Origin: Octopus vulgaris
Taxonomy: Eukaryota
Reading direction: 5' to 3'
NCBI GenBank assembly: GCA_951406725.2
Contig: CATOCA020000002.1
Span: 806,001 to 870,000 of the forward strand
DNA length: 64,000 nt
Positions 25,550 through 38,710 of this stretch are shown piece after piece; the stretch's first letter is position 1, and every line of letters starts with the position of its first letter. Made by a program: the position numbers and the translations under genes. A model generated the notes under the pieces. It was not told where the DNA came from, did no database searches, and saw only the letters and a program-made list of their open reading frames with translations.

Positions 25550-25988
25550 CTGTCTTGACGATATCAGTGGCAGAATTTCGAGCTTCTTCATCTTCTGAAA
25601 ATGACAAAGTCCCCAGGTTCGCGAAGTTATCATCATCCATTTCGTCTGCAAGGGACGCTAGTTCCTCTTGGTCGGACATGAATAATGGTTCATTCACTGT
25701 TTGACAGGGGCTGTTGGGTGACCAATGCCAACGCATTTGATGGTTGTCATTTGGGGTCAGCACTGGCGAAAGTCCAGGCAGTGGCGATGTTTGAGTCGGT
25801 GATGAAGTTGGTATTGATATTGTTGGCGCAAGATGAGAGCGAAACGGCGAGGGTTGCGGTGAACATCTTCCTGTAGCACTATCAGCATCTGTAGCCGCAA
25901 TGAAGCTGTTGCTCCGCTCTGAATCGGATTTATTAGTTTCCTTATCTAGATACTGGTTGATAAATGATTTCCTTAAAAGAGAAGCCAT
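25550..25988 (-). CDS. SNX21: Sorting nexin 20/21-like, exon 1 (low-complexity Ser/Pro-rich then acidic N-terminus)
   Basis: ATG at 25988, ORF MASLLRKSF...DIVKT, donor ACAG|GTGC at phase 1 matches exon 2; CpG-richer first-exon context. Confidence 0.75.
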
Positions 25989-26869
25989 TTGTGCAGGTGA
26001 AGATGACGAATAATAATAGTAGTAATGATACGCATCACCGTAAAATGAAGATTTCCGACTTCATCCCGACTGGCCGAACGAACGCCTAAATAAAGTCAAA
26101 AGAATTGCTGAATGAGAAAAGACGACGACGAACAATAGGAGAGAGAGTAAGAGAGAGAGAGATTATGCAATGACAGCAACGATTAGGCGAAGGGAAATTG
26201 AGGATAGCAAATCAATATAGAGAAAATAAAGATGAAGGGAGTGATGGTGGTACTGATGAAGGTGGGTGGAGCAACAGAGTGCGTGGGAGATATTGAGAGA
26301 AGTAGAGTGGAAGAACACGGGAAAAACTGATGAAAGAGAAAGAGTATAAAGTGGGTAGAATAAAATGTAAAAGAGTTGGGGGAAAAGAGAGAAGGTAAAA
26401 ACGGAGTAAGAAAATGTGGGGAATGAGTGTAAGAAAGGGAAAACGATTGAGAGACTTTTCTAAAGATAAATTTTAAAATAAGGAAGAGAGTGAGAGAAGA
26501 GTAAATAGTAAACAAAGAGAGAGAGTATGAAAGGGAGGATGAGAGATAGTAACAGACAGCTGTTAATAGAAAGCGGAAGTGTCAGTAATAAACATTATAC
26601 GAGGTTGTCTTACCTTGTTGTTCTTCGATAAGTATTTCATCACTATTCTTTACAACTCTCAATGGCAATTCTACTATTCTCCCCACCCCCACGTGTCTTT
26701 CTCTCTCTCTCTCGAGCTGCATCTGTTTCTGTTTATCTGTATATCTATCTGTCAGTCTGTCTGTACATACGTACGTACAGTTACGAAGACTATTTATAAC
26801 GTTATCCGCAAGTTTGCCCTGACCTATACATCAAAAGCATGTCAGAACCTGTAGGTATTCACTCCTTTA

Positions 26870-27255
26870 AAACAAGGAATACAGATGGAACACTACAATA
26901 AAAACAGCAATTCGGTGCAAACATAATAGACCTGATGTTGTTCTGTTTGGACAGGGAATAAAAGTCATGCACTGTTGTAGAGGTCAGCTGCCTCGCGGAT
27001 GTGAATGTACAATCAAAAGACCAGGAACAAGAAAACATTTATGATGAAGTAATGCAGAGCTTACAGCTCTTGTGCCCTGACTATGAATTCTCATTACTAA
27101 CTATCATAAGCGCATTAAGCTGTGTACCAATAAATTTATACAAAAACCTTGAAATACTAGGTTTTTCAAAGAGAGAGCAAAAGAAACTAACGTTGATTCA
27201 CCAAATCCAATACAGTGAAGATTTGTGAGACATTCCAAAGATTCTCCATCTGAGA
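26870..27255 (+). mobile_element. R4/Dong-like non-LTR element 3' fragment (restriction-like endonuclease)
   Basis: CKHNRPD..VVEVSC..DVNV..ENIY motif, homologous to 36810-37720. Confidence 0.75.
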
Positions 27256-27736
27256 TGCTTGTGACTCAAAGGAGGCTTGACATCTGAAATTCCTTAAATG
27301 AATCGATGCACATACTTGGGTGTGTGCATCAACAGCTCAACCAACAAGCCACATATTTACAAGCACCAGGAACTTTCTTAACTAAAAAAAAGTCATGCTT
27401 CATTAGTGACCAGCCTTAACTCTTTAGCATTCAGATTACTCTGTCAAAAGTAATGCTTATTTATTCACATTGTTTGAATTAATCATGCATAGTCTTGTAG
27501 TTTCAAGATTTTGATGATAGCGTAGCTTATTTTTAGGTTGACATTGTAGGATAGGTCTGACAGGTAAAATCTGGCCAGTTTGGACATAAAGCAGGTAGAA
27601 TATTTTGGCTAGATATGGCCACTAAAGAGTTAACTCTCTTAAGAAGAATTTAGTAAAACTCAAAGAAAAATAAATACATGCATACACATATGTGCATACA
27701 TACATCCACCCACTCACACACACACATACATATATA

Positions 27737-28900
27737 TTAGGTTAGAAAGAAAATCCTATCAAATTTCAAGCTGGGAAAGAAACAAATGCTTCTTTAGTCA
27801 TGCTTGATATACTTAATCAAGATATTTTCCTTCATTATTGATAACTTAAATGCATCAATTTGGGCAAATTGTGGATCCCTTGGGCATAAAATTTTTCAGG
27901 TTTTGAAGCAAAGAAACTCTGAATATCATTTTTAACCTCTTCACAATTAATAAACTGCTTTTTTCCGAAATAATATTGCAATGATTTGAAAAGAAGATTG
28001 TCAGATGGAGGAAGGTCAGGGTAGTAAGGAAGATGAAGCAGAACTTCCATATTCAGTGTCATAATCTTTTCCTCAGTGACTTGGACAATATGTGGTCTTG
28101 CTTTATTGTATAAGAGCAATGTCTCTTTACAACCAACCAATGATGGGTGCTTTTTCTGAAAATTTTTGTGCAATGTTTCTAATGGACAACATTACTTCTC
28201 TTTCATTTTAGTTTTACACTTCATGATAATCAACTCCCTTCATATCCCACTAAACACAGCATAACTTTTTTTCAAGTGTAGTCCTGGTTTGGGGATGGAT
28301 TCTCCTTTTCCATTGGGGGTTAACCATTGCCATTTCTATTGCATTATGATTATAGAGAACTCACTTTTCATCACTTGTGATGATTCTACTTAGCAAAGGT
28401 TTGGTAGAAAGTCTATGCTTCAATGAGAAGGGAAATTATTTGATTAAACTGAGTAGTCAGATGATGAGGGACCCACTGACAAAGTTTAGACATGTGAAGG
28501 GGTTTTATGGTTGACATGCAACTTAAATTGAACCGTTTGCTTACTCTTGTGCAGGTTGCTTTGGATTTTCCTCAACCACAGTTTTCAGAACTTTTTCATC
28601 CAGATTGAGTGTAAACTGCAAGAACAAAATTTCCCAAGTGAGGTTGGCCAAACCATCATTGGTGCATTTGGAAATTTAAAGGTTCATTTTCATAGATAGA
28701 ACAAATATTTCTTGCTGCTTCCATTGCTTAAGCATCCCTCTTAAATTCATACACCATGCAGTGTTTGATATAGGACTGATTGAAACTCATTTTAAAAGGT
28801 AAAAATCAATTCAGATTTAACCACTATGATATAAAATAATCTGCGAAGTGTCAAAAACGTTACAATGTAAAAATTTATGCCTATTTTACCATATGTATCC
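27737..28900 (-). mobile_element. Decayed mariner (DD34D-like) transposon
   Basis: ORF 27835-28173 (NKARPH..HLPYYPDLPPSDNLLF), WVP and TSDEK remnants; TA-TTAGGTT terminus. Confidence 0.85.
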
Positions 28901-28946
28901 ATTAAGTGTTCATGATATATATATATATATCGATATAAGAAAACGA

Positions 28947-29179
28947 AGAAAAAATATTGTGGATACTTATTTTATTTGTATCACAATTAGAACACTGCAA
29001 ATAGTTTAATACAAATAAAATTTAAATGAACATACATTAACATAAAATAAGCATAAGAATAGGCACCTCTTATGCTTATTTTATGTTAATGTATGTTCAT
29101 TTAAATTTTATTTGTATTAAACTATTCGCTATATTCTTATTGTAATACAAATAAAATAAGTATCCACAATATTTTTTCT
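28947..29179. repeat. AT-rich inverted repeat, ~112-bp arms, 9-nt spacer, next to (TA)n
   Basis: AGAAAAAATATTGTGGATAC...GCATAAGA / TCTTATGC...GTATCCACAATATTTTTTCT. Confidence 0.85.
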
Positions 29180-29453
29180 CCATTTCCTTTTATTAATAAA
29201 TGTAAATTAGACTGATTATCCCTTTATATTAAGAGAATTCTCTCAAAATATCATGATAACACCAGTTGATCTCTGGATTTTATAATCCCTAAAGAGGATA
29301 CTATATTCTTAAATTGACTATATTTTTAAGAAATAATTAAGATTCAATTAAATTAGGTACTTAAGTTGAAGCACCAAGTCAATCCAGTATTATCTGCATA
29401 GCTCGAAGTAAGGTAAATAATATCAAAATAAGTAACAGGATGTCAAGTATTAG

Positions 29454-29539
29454 TGCAATACGACTGTTTCAAGCGGCTCCATTTAATTGAACAATGCAAG
29501 CATTACATCAATTTAAATACAGTGCCACCTTCAGTTGCA
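29454..29539 (-). ncRNA. Degenerate type I hammerhead with long stem II (core appears to have lost 3 nt)
   Basis: Minus: UGCAA-CUGA[uga]AGGUGGC...GCCGCUU-GAAA-CAGUCG-UA/UUGCA; stem I UGCAA/UUGCA and stem II pair. Confidence 0.55.
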
Positions 29540-30765
29540 ACTAAAGATAGCACTGAATATGGAGACACATGTTGCGTAAATTGGTGATATCCTCACTGTT
29601 TGAGGGAGATCATAGAAATGATGTTGTGTTAGATAGCAACCATCTTTCAGCTGCTTAGGCTCAGTTATGTCCGCTACTCTGATTGGTTGGTTTTCATGCA
29701 GTTTCATTTCACGTCAGTGTGTAAGCCAACCAATTACGGCCTTAGGATAAGGTCCCATGACACAGTCTTTTGGATTTTCTTCTGGAGCCTCTAGAATGTT
29801 ATAAAAACCCAGCGATCCAGTGAATCAAGGTCTTTGGTCTCTGGCCATTGACCATACAGCAGCTGTGACAGAGCAGACCAGCCAGTTTCAGCAACCCAGT
29901 CATGTTCCTGCTCCAGCCAGCAACTACACCAACATACACCATCAAGCAGGATATTTTCCACCACCGTTGCCTTCATCTCACTGTCCCCATCATCATCGTC
30001 GACTTCACTTTGATGCCAACATTCACTCAGGTTTAACTTCTCACTGTTTGTGACTACTTCACTAAGGTTAATAGCCAGAACTACCTGCGAGAATTTCCTG
30101 TATCAAGTAAACTGGCACAGCATAGTAGTCACAACCTCTACACAACATGTGTAGTAACCGATTCTGCCTTGTAACCTCAACTTCTTGTACAGGACTACAA
30201 CTATTGTGTAACCTTACTACGAACTGGTAAATTTATCTCTATCTTGTGTCTGGACATTATTTCTTTGCTCTGTATAACACTCTTATAACACTTACAACAG
30301 ACACATATGTCGCACGCACTCAGGCACTTCCCTCTGCTAGCACCCATACTCACTCTTATTGTACACTTCTGTAAATAAAGTCTTCTTTCTCTCAAACAGT
30401 AGAACGGTTGTTGTCTTCCTTTGGCACATATTCTTTTATACCATGTATTCAGCTTTATTCTTAGTTGTGGGACAACTGTGTGGCGTTTGAAAGGAGACAT
30501 TTCTGTCACCAACTCCTTTACATACGGTCGTTCACTACACTGGTTTGTCAAAGGCAAAAACGGCAATAAACCATCACTTGACAACCGATGTTGGTATGTT
30601 TACATCCCCATAACTTAGTGGTTCAGCAAAAGAGACCAATTGATTAAGTACTCGGCTTACAAAGAATAAGTCCAGGGATCAATTTGTTTGATTAAAGGCG
30701 GTGCTCCAGCATGGCTGCAGTTAAATAACTGAAACAAGTAAAAGAATAAAAGATATATATATATA

Positions 30766-32047
30766 TCAGGTCAGGCCATAAGTTCTGTCTGATTTTACCT
30801 TTTTTAAAATTGAATGAAATTTAATGGCATTTTAGAATGTCTAATGGAATTTAAAATTATTTTTATGCATTTGTGTACATTTAAACTAATTAAATATTAT
30901 TTTATAGAATAATAGAATTAAAATTTCTTTGATTAAAACCCTTTCTAACATGGAAGTATCCAAAGAGCATTTGAGGCACATAATGATTAATGAGTACAAA
31001 AAGGAAACTCTGCAGCCGAAGCGACTCAAAACATACACTCAGTTTATGGGAAAGAATGCTTGAATGAAAGAACTTGCAGAAGATGGTTTGCAAAATTCAG
31101 AAGTGGAGATTTCAGCCTTGTAGATGAAGATTGAACAAGACATCCAGTTGAGTTTGATGATAAACTCCTTGAGGCATTACTTGAAGAAAATGCTGTATTA
31201 TCAGTTGAAGAATTGGCAATAAATCTTAGTTCAAACCATACAACTCTTCATCATCATCTTCAACAACTAGGAAAGGTTCCTAAACTTGGAAAATGGGTGC
31301 CTCATGAATTGTCCGAAAGCAGCCGCAAATCCCGAGTTGACATCTGCTCTTCTCTCCATTCTCACAAACTCATTTCACCCTTTTTGGATAGACTTGTGAC
31401 TGGTGATGAAAAACAGATCTCCTATCAAAATGTTAAACGTTGTAAGCAATGGCTTGGTAAAAGGGAAAAAGTTCAACTACAACCAAGAAGGGAACTTCAT
31501 GGGAAAAAGGTTCTTCTCTCTATCGGTGAGATTGCAAAGGAGTAATTCACTTTTAGTTGTTACCACCTAATGCAACAATCAATGCTCAAGTCTACTGTCA
31601 GCAATTAGGGCGTTTGAACCAAGCTTTGAAGAAAAAAAGACTGCTTTAGTGAATTGAAAATGAGTGATGTTTCATCAGGACAATGCGTTACCCTTCACTG
31701 CAAAGATCACATCACAGAAGATCGAAGAGCCTGGTTGGGAAAAAATTCCTCATCCACCTAATTCTCCCAACATTGCTCCCTCAGACTACCATTTGTTTCA
31801 TAGTTTACAGAATCATTTGGAGGACATAACTTTTGCAAGCCAAGGAGGAGGTCAAAACTGACATTTCAGAGTTCTTCACTTTGAAACCAAAAGAGTGATG
31901 TATTGATGAGATTAAAAAGCTTGTAAATAGAGAGAAGGAAGTCAAAGATAATCAGGGAAAGTACATTGATGATTAAATTTCAATTAAATATAACATTTGA
32001 TTACTTGTTTTCTTTATTCAAAATTTGGACAGAACTTATGGGATGAC

Positions 32048-32051
<4 letters not shown>
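30766..32051 (+). mobile_element. Full-length decayed mariner transposon (~1.29 kb) with TIRs in TA context
   Basis: TIRs TCAGGTCAGGCCATAAGTTCTGTC / GACAGAACTTATGGGATGACCTGA; WVPHEL, VTGDEK, HQDNA and HPPNSPNIAPSDYHLF motifs. Confidence 0.93.
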
Positions 32052-32117
<66 letters not shown>

Positions 32118-32315
32118 TATACACACATATAAGACTAATAACCTGGTATGGAACTCAATATACATATGCTTCAGAATGAAGCATTAGTTAAGTACAGAGG
32201 AGCAATAAGAAAATAAGATGACAAAGGAATAAGCGATTATCTTATGCACTTACAGCTAGCGAGGTTCATAGGATAATTGTTTATTCCTTTGTCATCTCAT
32301 GTTCTTTTATATATA

Positions 32316-32745
32316 CTAGCTGAGTAGCCCATCATTGCCAGGCAATTTTCACAGCAGAACACCTTTATTTCAATTTTATTTTATTCCATGTCAGGCCACG
32401 TTTTCCCTGATGGATAGGCTTCTTGATCAGGATGGATTTATGCATTATTTTGGATAATATTTTCACTCTTCTTTCTGAAGTAGTCACAAACTTTGTTTAT
32501 CAAGACATTAGTCTTGATAAACAAAGTTTTTTTGTTTTTCCATTTGGTGCATAAATGTAAAGATTTTTCTTACTTCCTACTTTTCAACATTCAATGTAAA
32601 GCAGACCATGGTTGATGCAGGGCTCTTCAAGGTGTAAACAGGCAATCAAAAATATTTGTCCTTGCAATTTGTTGAGGGTCATGGTAAAACTAAGACTTAC
32701 TGGTAATTAAAGTTGCTTGGAATGAAATGGGACATCATCTCCTGA
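32316..32745 (-). mobile_element. Helitron 3' fragment (PIF1-helicase end, hairpin + CTAG)
   Basis: Minus: PVSLSFTMTLNKLQGQ..LHLEEPCINHGLLY remnant; ends GCCTGGCAATGATGGGC-TACTCAGCTAG. Confidence 0.7.
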
Positions 32746-32961
32746 GTCCACGTGAAAGAGGCTTTTGTGTGTTTATCATCTAATCGAAGCACCCTGTGCT
32801 TAGGTGTTTCCTGAGATAATGTGATAGAAGCTCATGTTCACATATCATCAAGTCTATTCCTTTCTTGTTTGAGTGTCTCCTGAGCACGCCGCTGATATTT
32901 TGTGAGAGTTTTTCAACACTGTCATCCTTATGAAATTCCTTACAAACATGCATACACACAT

Positions 32962-33029
<68 letters not shown>

Positions 33030-33699
33030 AGCATGAGAGATATACATATACAGAGAGAGAGAGAGAGTGTAGTAAATATATATAGATAGTGGTAATTTTA
33101 CAATGTGAAAAGTGTAAAAGACAGAGAGATAGACAGCTAGAGAGAGGCACAAAGACAGATACATGTCATATGGAGAGAGAGGTGTGAGAAATATACATAT
33201 ACAAAGAGATAGAGAGAGAGAGTGTGGTAAATATATATGTGTAGAGAGGGAAGCATTAAAGACAGAGAGACATGATACAGAGAGGTAGATAAACATTTAT
33301 AAGATATCACTCACACACATATGCACACACAAATGCACACACTCAGGTAATCATGAGTTTAAGGTGGCAGCTTCTAAAGACAGTCAATGCTGGTGATCTG
33401 AAAGTTGAGCTATTTCTCATTTGAAATTAGACTCAGGTTTCAAAAATCAAATCCATTTTTCTCTAGAACACACAGTTACGAAGTCTTTTGGTGACATACA
33501 CATACAGCATATACAGCATATATAGTGGGGGGCATCTGACAATAGGAGGGGTGTCTGACTGTAGAAAATATGCTTTGATGAATTCCATCTGACCCATGCA
33601 AGCATAGAAAAGTGGACACTAAAACGACGATTACATATATGCATTCATGGATGCATGCATATATACATACAGTCCACCCATGACTGAGGAAAACCATTT

Positions 33700-36600
33700 C
33701 TAACCTTTAAGAACATTGTGCACTCAAAACTACCTTATATGAGTAAGAGTAGCGTAAGTAAGAGTAGCAGCGAAGTACAGAAAAAAGAGAGTTGGGGCAA
33801 GGATGTTACCCTGCTTGACACCAGTCTCTACAGGATTAGGTCCTGCTATACCACCACTGGCATTGACCCAAGCCTCCATCCCATCAGGAAATGATTTGAT
33901 TATAGATACAAAATGATCCAGACATCCAAGTTTGCCAAGTATTTTCCATAGAGAGACCCTATTCACAGTATCAAAGGCCTTGGTTAAATCAATGAATACC
34001 TGGACAAGATCTGTATTCTGCTCATAGCACTTCTCCTGCATCTGTCTCCCCTGTCAAAATCATATCCATCATTCCTCTTACCAGATCGGAACCACACTGA
34101 GATTCAGATAGGATATCATTTACAAGACACCTATTCAGATGGCTAAGAAGAATACTTGCTAGAACCTTACCAGCAGCTGATTTTAGAGTAATACCTCTGT
34201 AGTTGCCACACTCTGATCTGGCTCCCTTTCCTTTATACAAAGGAAGAATAATTACATCTTTCCAGTCCTTCAGCATTGCACCATCCCTCCAGATTACACT
34301 AATAAGTTCATGAAGGGGCTGTGTAATGTGATCACCACCAAATCACAGGACCTCAGCACAAATACCATCCTTACCAGGTGCCTTACAAATATACTTATTG
34401 CTGTCATTACTTCATCTTATGAGGACATGGAATTTAAGGAGCTAACGACAGGTCTTTGTTGTGTAGTGTCAATAACTGCTTTGTCCACAGCTGACTCACA
34501 GTTTAGGAGTTCAGAAAAATGTTCAATCCAGCAACCTGTGACCTTTGTTGATTTATTAAACAAAGTAGAAGACTCCTTGGAAAGCAAAGGAGCCGATGCA
34601 GAGCTCTTAGGCCCATAAACTTGCTTCATAAGATGGTAAAACTTCATGTTGTCACTTGCATCAGCAGCAGCCTGAACATCACAAGCAAGATCCTCCCACC
34701 AGGTGTTCTACATCTTCCTGAGAGATTGCTACAGTAGTGATTTTACACTGCTGTTGTGGGCAAGAGCTAGATTTTGAAGCACAGCTGGAAGTCTTCTATG
34801 CAGTAATACACTGTGGGTATAGTGTTTCATGACCAGCGGTTGCTGAATTTTAGCATCATTTTCATCAAACCAGTCTCTGCATCTGGCAGTAGCATATCCC
34901 AGTGTTTCAGCAGCACATTGAAAAACCTGGTCTATAAAATCTTCCCATGCTGTAGTATTTTCAATGCTGGCTAAATTATTCTGAAGTTCTTTACTCACCA
35001 CAGCATCATTCAGACACCAAGGAATGCCACTGGCCCTCTTCTTTCTTTCACTCTGATCATCATCTGGAACTTTGCTCACACCAGACTGTGGTCTGTCCAG
35101 CACTCTGAACCATGAAAGGACTTGACATTACAAATGTCATAGATGCCACACTTGTGACATCTTGACATAATCCAGCAAGTACCAAACTTTAGACCTTGGG
35201 TGCATCCATATTTTTGTGTGGTCCCCTTTGAGCCTAAAATGAGTGCTTACAATGTAAAGTCTGTATCTCTCTTCAAAGTCCCAGAAGCATGAAACCATTG
35301 CTATTCATATTCCCTATACCAAAATGTCCAAGAGAGTTACCTGTCTGCCAAACTGTTCCAACTCTAATATTGAAATCCCCCAGTAGAACGACTTTATCAG
35401 AATTGGGGATTTTGCTAAGTATGGCTCTCAGCTAGGTATAGAAAATAGTTTTATCTTCATCACACCTAAGTAGGAGCATAGGTACTTATTAAAGTAGCAG
35501 AGTACCCACCTCTCTAGTGCAAAATGTAGAGTCATTAGACAATCACTTACAGGAACAAGGATTTAAGATCAAATGCAAAGCCAACAACGTCTCTGCACTC
35601 CTTCTTCGGTTTCCCCTTCCAAAAAAAGGTGTATTCACTTCCTACTTCCTCAAGCTGACAATCACCTTCTACATGAGTCTCTGAAAGTGCAGCTATATCA
35701 GTGGTTCAACAAAGTGCAGTGCATCTTTCAGTCCTACAGTCACTGTTGTTATCCAACAGTGTGCACATTCCAACATGAAAATATTCAAGTTTTAACCTGA
35801 TTTTATAAGTATTCTCTTTGCTTTTCAAGTACTGGATGGACATCTGTCAGTCACGCTAAACTGACCAAATTGAGAAAGATAGGCAATTTTTGGTTCATTT
35901 TTTTCTAGAACCTCCCCAGCCCCTGGGTGAGCAGTGCCCTCCTCAAATGGAACTGCTCAGACAACTATGCAGCAACCGAATCCCATCACTGTCTTAGGTG
36001 ACAAGGAGATGACTTTATATCTAACATGGGCCACCTACATGCAGGTCGCTGACTATATGCTTGCAACCTGTCGTGTCTGCATGCTACCCCACATTCCCAT
36101 TGCTGCAGGACTTCCAAATAAAAACATATATAAATATATATCTAAAAAAAATGGAAAAAAAGTCAGCAATGCCTGCGCAAAGTTTTAGGTTCAATAAAAC
36201 TTGCATGACATCTCACAGACCCTCTCCACTCTATTGACATTATTCAGAGACATGCTGAAGCAAGATGTCTGGTGTCAATATGAGTTGCAGGCTCAGAGAT
36301 GTGGGAGCACCATGATCTCAAGCATAAGCAAAAGATCCCCAAAATGTACAATGCCATTCGCTACATTTCTGGTTTTATATCAGATTAGCCTTCTCCTAGA
36401 GACATGCTTCAATAAGAGCTAAGGAGTGCCTCACTGCCACTGGTCTTTCAGCATGCCAGATACAATCCTGGAATTTCTGCATGCCTGTGCTATTGCAAGA
36501 TAGTCATTGAACCTGCACTAGGTTCATCCGGCCTTTTCACAGGTCTTGTTTTTAGTCCTGCTGGGATTCTAGCAACCCCACTCACCAGGCTAGCCTGGTG

Positions 36601-36700
36601 TGGGTGCCGGTTTAGTCACTGACAACCCAACCGTGCAACAGGTTGTACTGGGTTCCATGTTACCAGTAGCACTCATGAAAACCTCATAAGTTACCTGACA
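33700..36700 (-). mobile_element. Decayed RTE (BovB-like) LINE: endonuclease, RT N-half and probable 5'UTR
   Basis: LLGDFN, HPRSKVWYLLDY, DWFDEND, YKGKGARSECGNYRGITL, FIDLTKAFDTVNR, GVKQGNILAPTLF; 5' boundary uncertain. Confidence 0.85.
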
Positions 36701-36809
36701 TAACATACATACACACATACATACATACATACATACATACATACATACATACATACATACATACATACATACATACATACATACGTACATACATATATAC
36801 ATACATACG

Positions 36810-37720
36810 ACTCTACCACAACGTATAATCAGATGAAAGGATGAGTCTATATGAGCAGAAGACTATGCATGGATATGTCAGTAGAAAGCTCCATGATGAT
36901 AGTAACATCGATCATCAAAGCAGTTTATCATGGACCAATAGCCGAGTTACCATCTCCCAGTTTGAAGGGTATGTGTTTGCAATCCAGGAACAGGAAATAT
37001 CAACCAAGTACCTGATGCACAAAAGGGATAAAAATGCAGGAAAAGCTGTAAAATGTGATGACCGATGCAGACTTTGTGGAGTTCACACTGAAGATATCAT
37101 GCACATGATAAGCAGTTGTCAGAAAATATCATCACAGTATTATCTACTGATGAGACATGATGTTGTAGCTAAGACTCTATAATGAAATTCGTCAGAAAGA
37201 TAATTCCGAGGACAAAGAAATAAGAACCCACAATATGATAGAAGCCATAGCAACTCTTAATAAAAAGGAATACTGGTGGAATGTATTGGTGAAGACCTCA
37301 ATAAAATGTAAGCACAACAGACCTGATATAATGATTTGGGATAGAGAAGAGACTGTGCACAGTAGTGGAAATTAGCTGCCCAGTGGATGTTAACATAAAG
37401 CTGAAGATCAGTGAAAAAGAGAACATCTATGCTGAACTATTGAGAAATCTGCTGATACTCTATCCAGATTACAAGTTCAGATTTATACCTGTAATTATTG
37501 GGGTCCTGGGATATGTAACACACTGCCTAAATACCAATCTTGAGAAATTAGGCTTCTCAAAACCAGAAAGGAGAAAGCTAATTTGAAGACAACAGATCCA
37601 ATCCATCACTGGAACTGTAAAAATCTGTAAAACTTTCCAGAAGTTTATCATTTAAATATATATGAGCATGTCTAGATATGCAACTACATGCATGAGAATA
37701 TATACATAAAACATACAAAT
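36810..37720 (+). mobile_element. R4/Dong-like non-LTR retrotransposon, 5'-truncated, inserted in (TACA)n
   Basis: AIQEQEI, CRLC..H..C knuckle, RHDVVA, HNRPDI..EISCP (PD-D/ExK-type endonuclease); (TACA)n on both sides. Confidence 0.88.
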
Positions 37721-37739
37721 CTGCACATACATACATACA

Positions 37740-37773
<34 letters not shown>

Positions 37774-38249
37774 CAAAAATACCCTGTTGTTGATGTAGAA
37801 ATTCCAATGAAGGAGTCTTGGATCTAGGTTAGAAACTGGTTCTTTTTTTATTGGCAAGAAGGCTTGGAATAAACTGAATAATGACATACATACATACGTA
37901 CATACATACATGGTGGCTGCCCCCTCGTTATCAAGTATGGCTATTGCACGAAGCTTAATCAATGTTGTTATCGTGCAATGCCTGTGCAAGAAGATTTTTT
38001 TAAAGTGAGGAAAGGCTGTGCACTGAGTCAATCCCATTCACAAAGCAACAGCAGCCATAATCCGAAAAGAAGAACAAGTCAACATCATCGGTAACCACTG
38101 AGCCGCAGATTTTATATCGGAGTTATCCCAATTACCTGAGTTACCTTCTCCTAGATGGATGCCCTAACAAAGGCTAGGAGTCCTTCACTCCCAATACATA
38201 CATACATACATACATACATACATACATACATACATACATACATACATAC

Positions 38250-38710
38250 ATAATCCACATGAATGTACAATCAAAAGTCCAGGAAAAAGAGAACATTTAT
38301 GGTGAATTAATGTGGAGCTCTTGTACCTTGATAAGGAATTTTCATTTGTACCTATGATCATAGGTGCATTAAGTTCTGTACCAAAAAAATTGCACAAAAA
38401 CTTAGGAACCCTTGATTTCACAGAAAAGGAGCAAAAGAAACTGATACAGATCCTCCAAATCCAATCTGTTAGTGATACAGTGAAGATTTATAAGACATTT
38501 CAGAAATTCTTCATGTGAGATTCTTATGTGAATAGATACACACTCTTGCCTCCCTCCCCCCCACACGAAAATACCTATGCTGAACTATTGAGAAACCTGC
38601 AGTTACTCTACCCAGATTACAAGTTCAAATTTATACCTGTAATTATTAGGGCACTGGAATATGTAACACCCTAACCCTAACTCTAAGTACCAATCTTGAG
38701 AAATTAGAGA
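38250..38710 (+). mobile_element. Two further R4/Dong-like 3' fragments, the first directly after (TACA)n
   Basis: ORF 38312-38518 and 38570-38710 homologous to 37365-37650. Confidence 0.8.

Noticed and set aside
29570-30430. Possible solo LTR (TG start, CCAAT/TATA-like motifs, AATAAA)
   Set aside because: Could not identify a matching CA end with a TSD or a second copy
32216-32298. ~30-bp-arm hairpin (pre-miRNA-like size)
   Set aside because: Lies between TE ends in a window full of fold-back relics; no evidence of miRNA conservation
36380-36700. Possible HDV-like ribozyme in the RTE 5'UTR
   Set aside because: Could not assemble the nested double pseudoknot by eye; would need an RNArobo/Infernal search
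38668-38687. Short CCCTAACCCTAA tract within an R4-like fragment
   Set aside because: Only 2-3 units; cannot distinguish telomerase-type healing from chance or a MITE remnant
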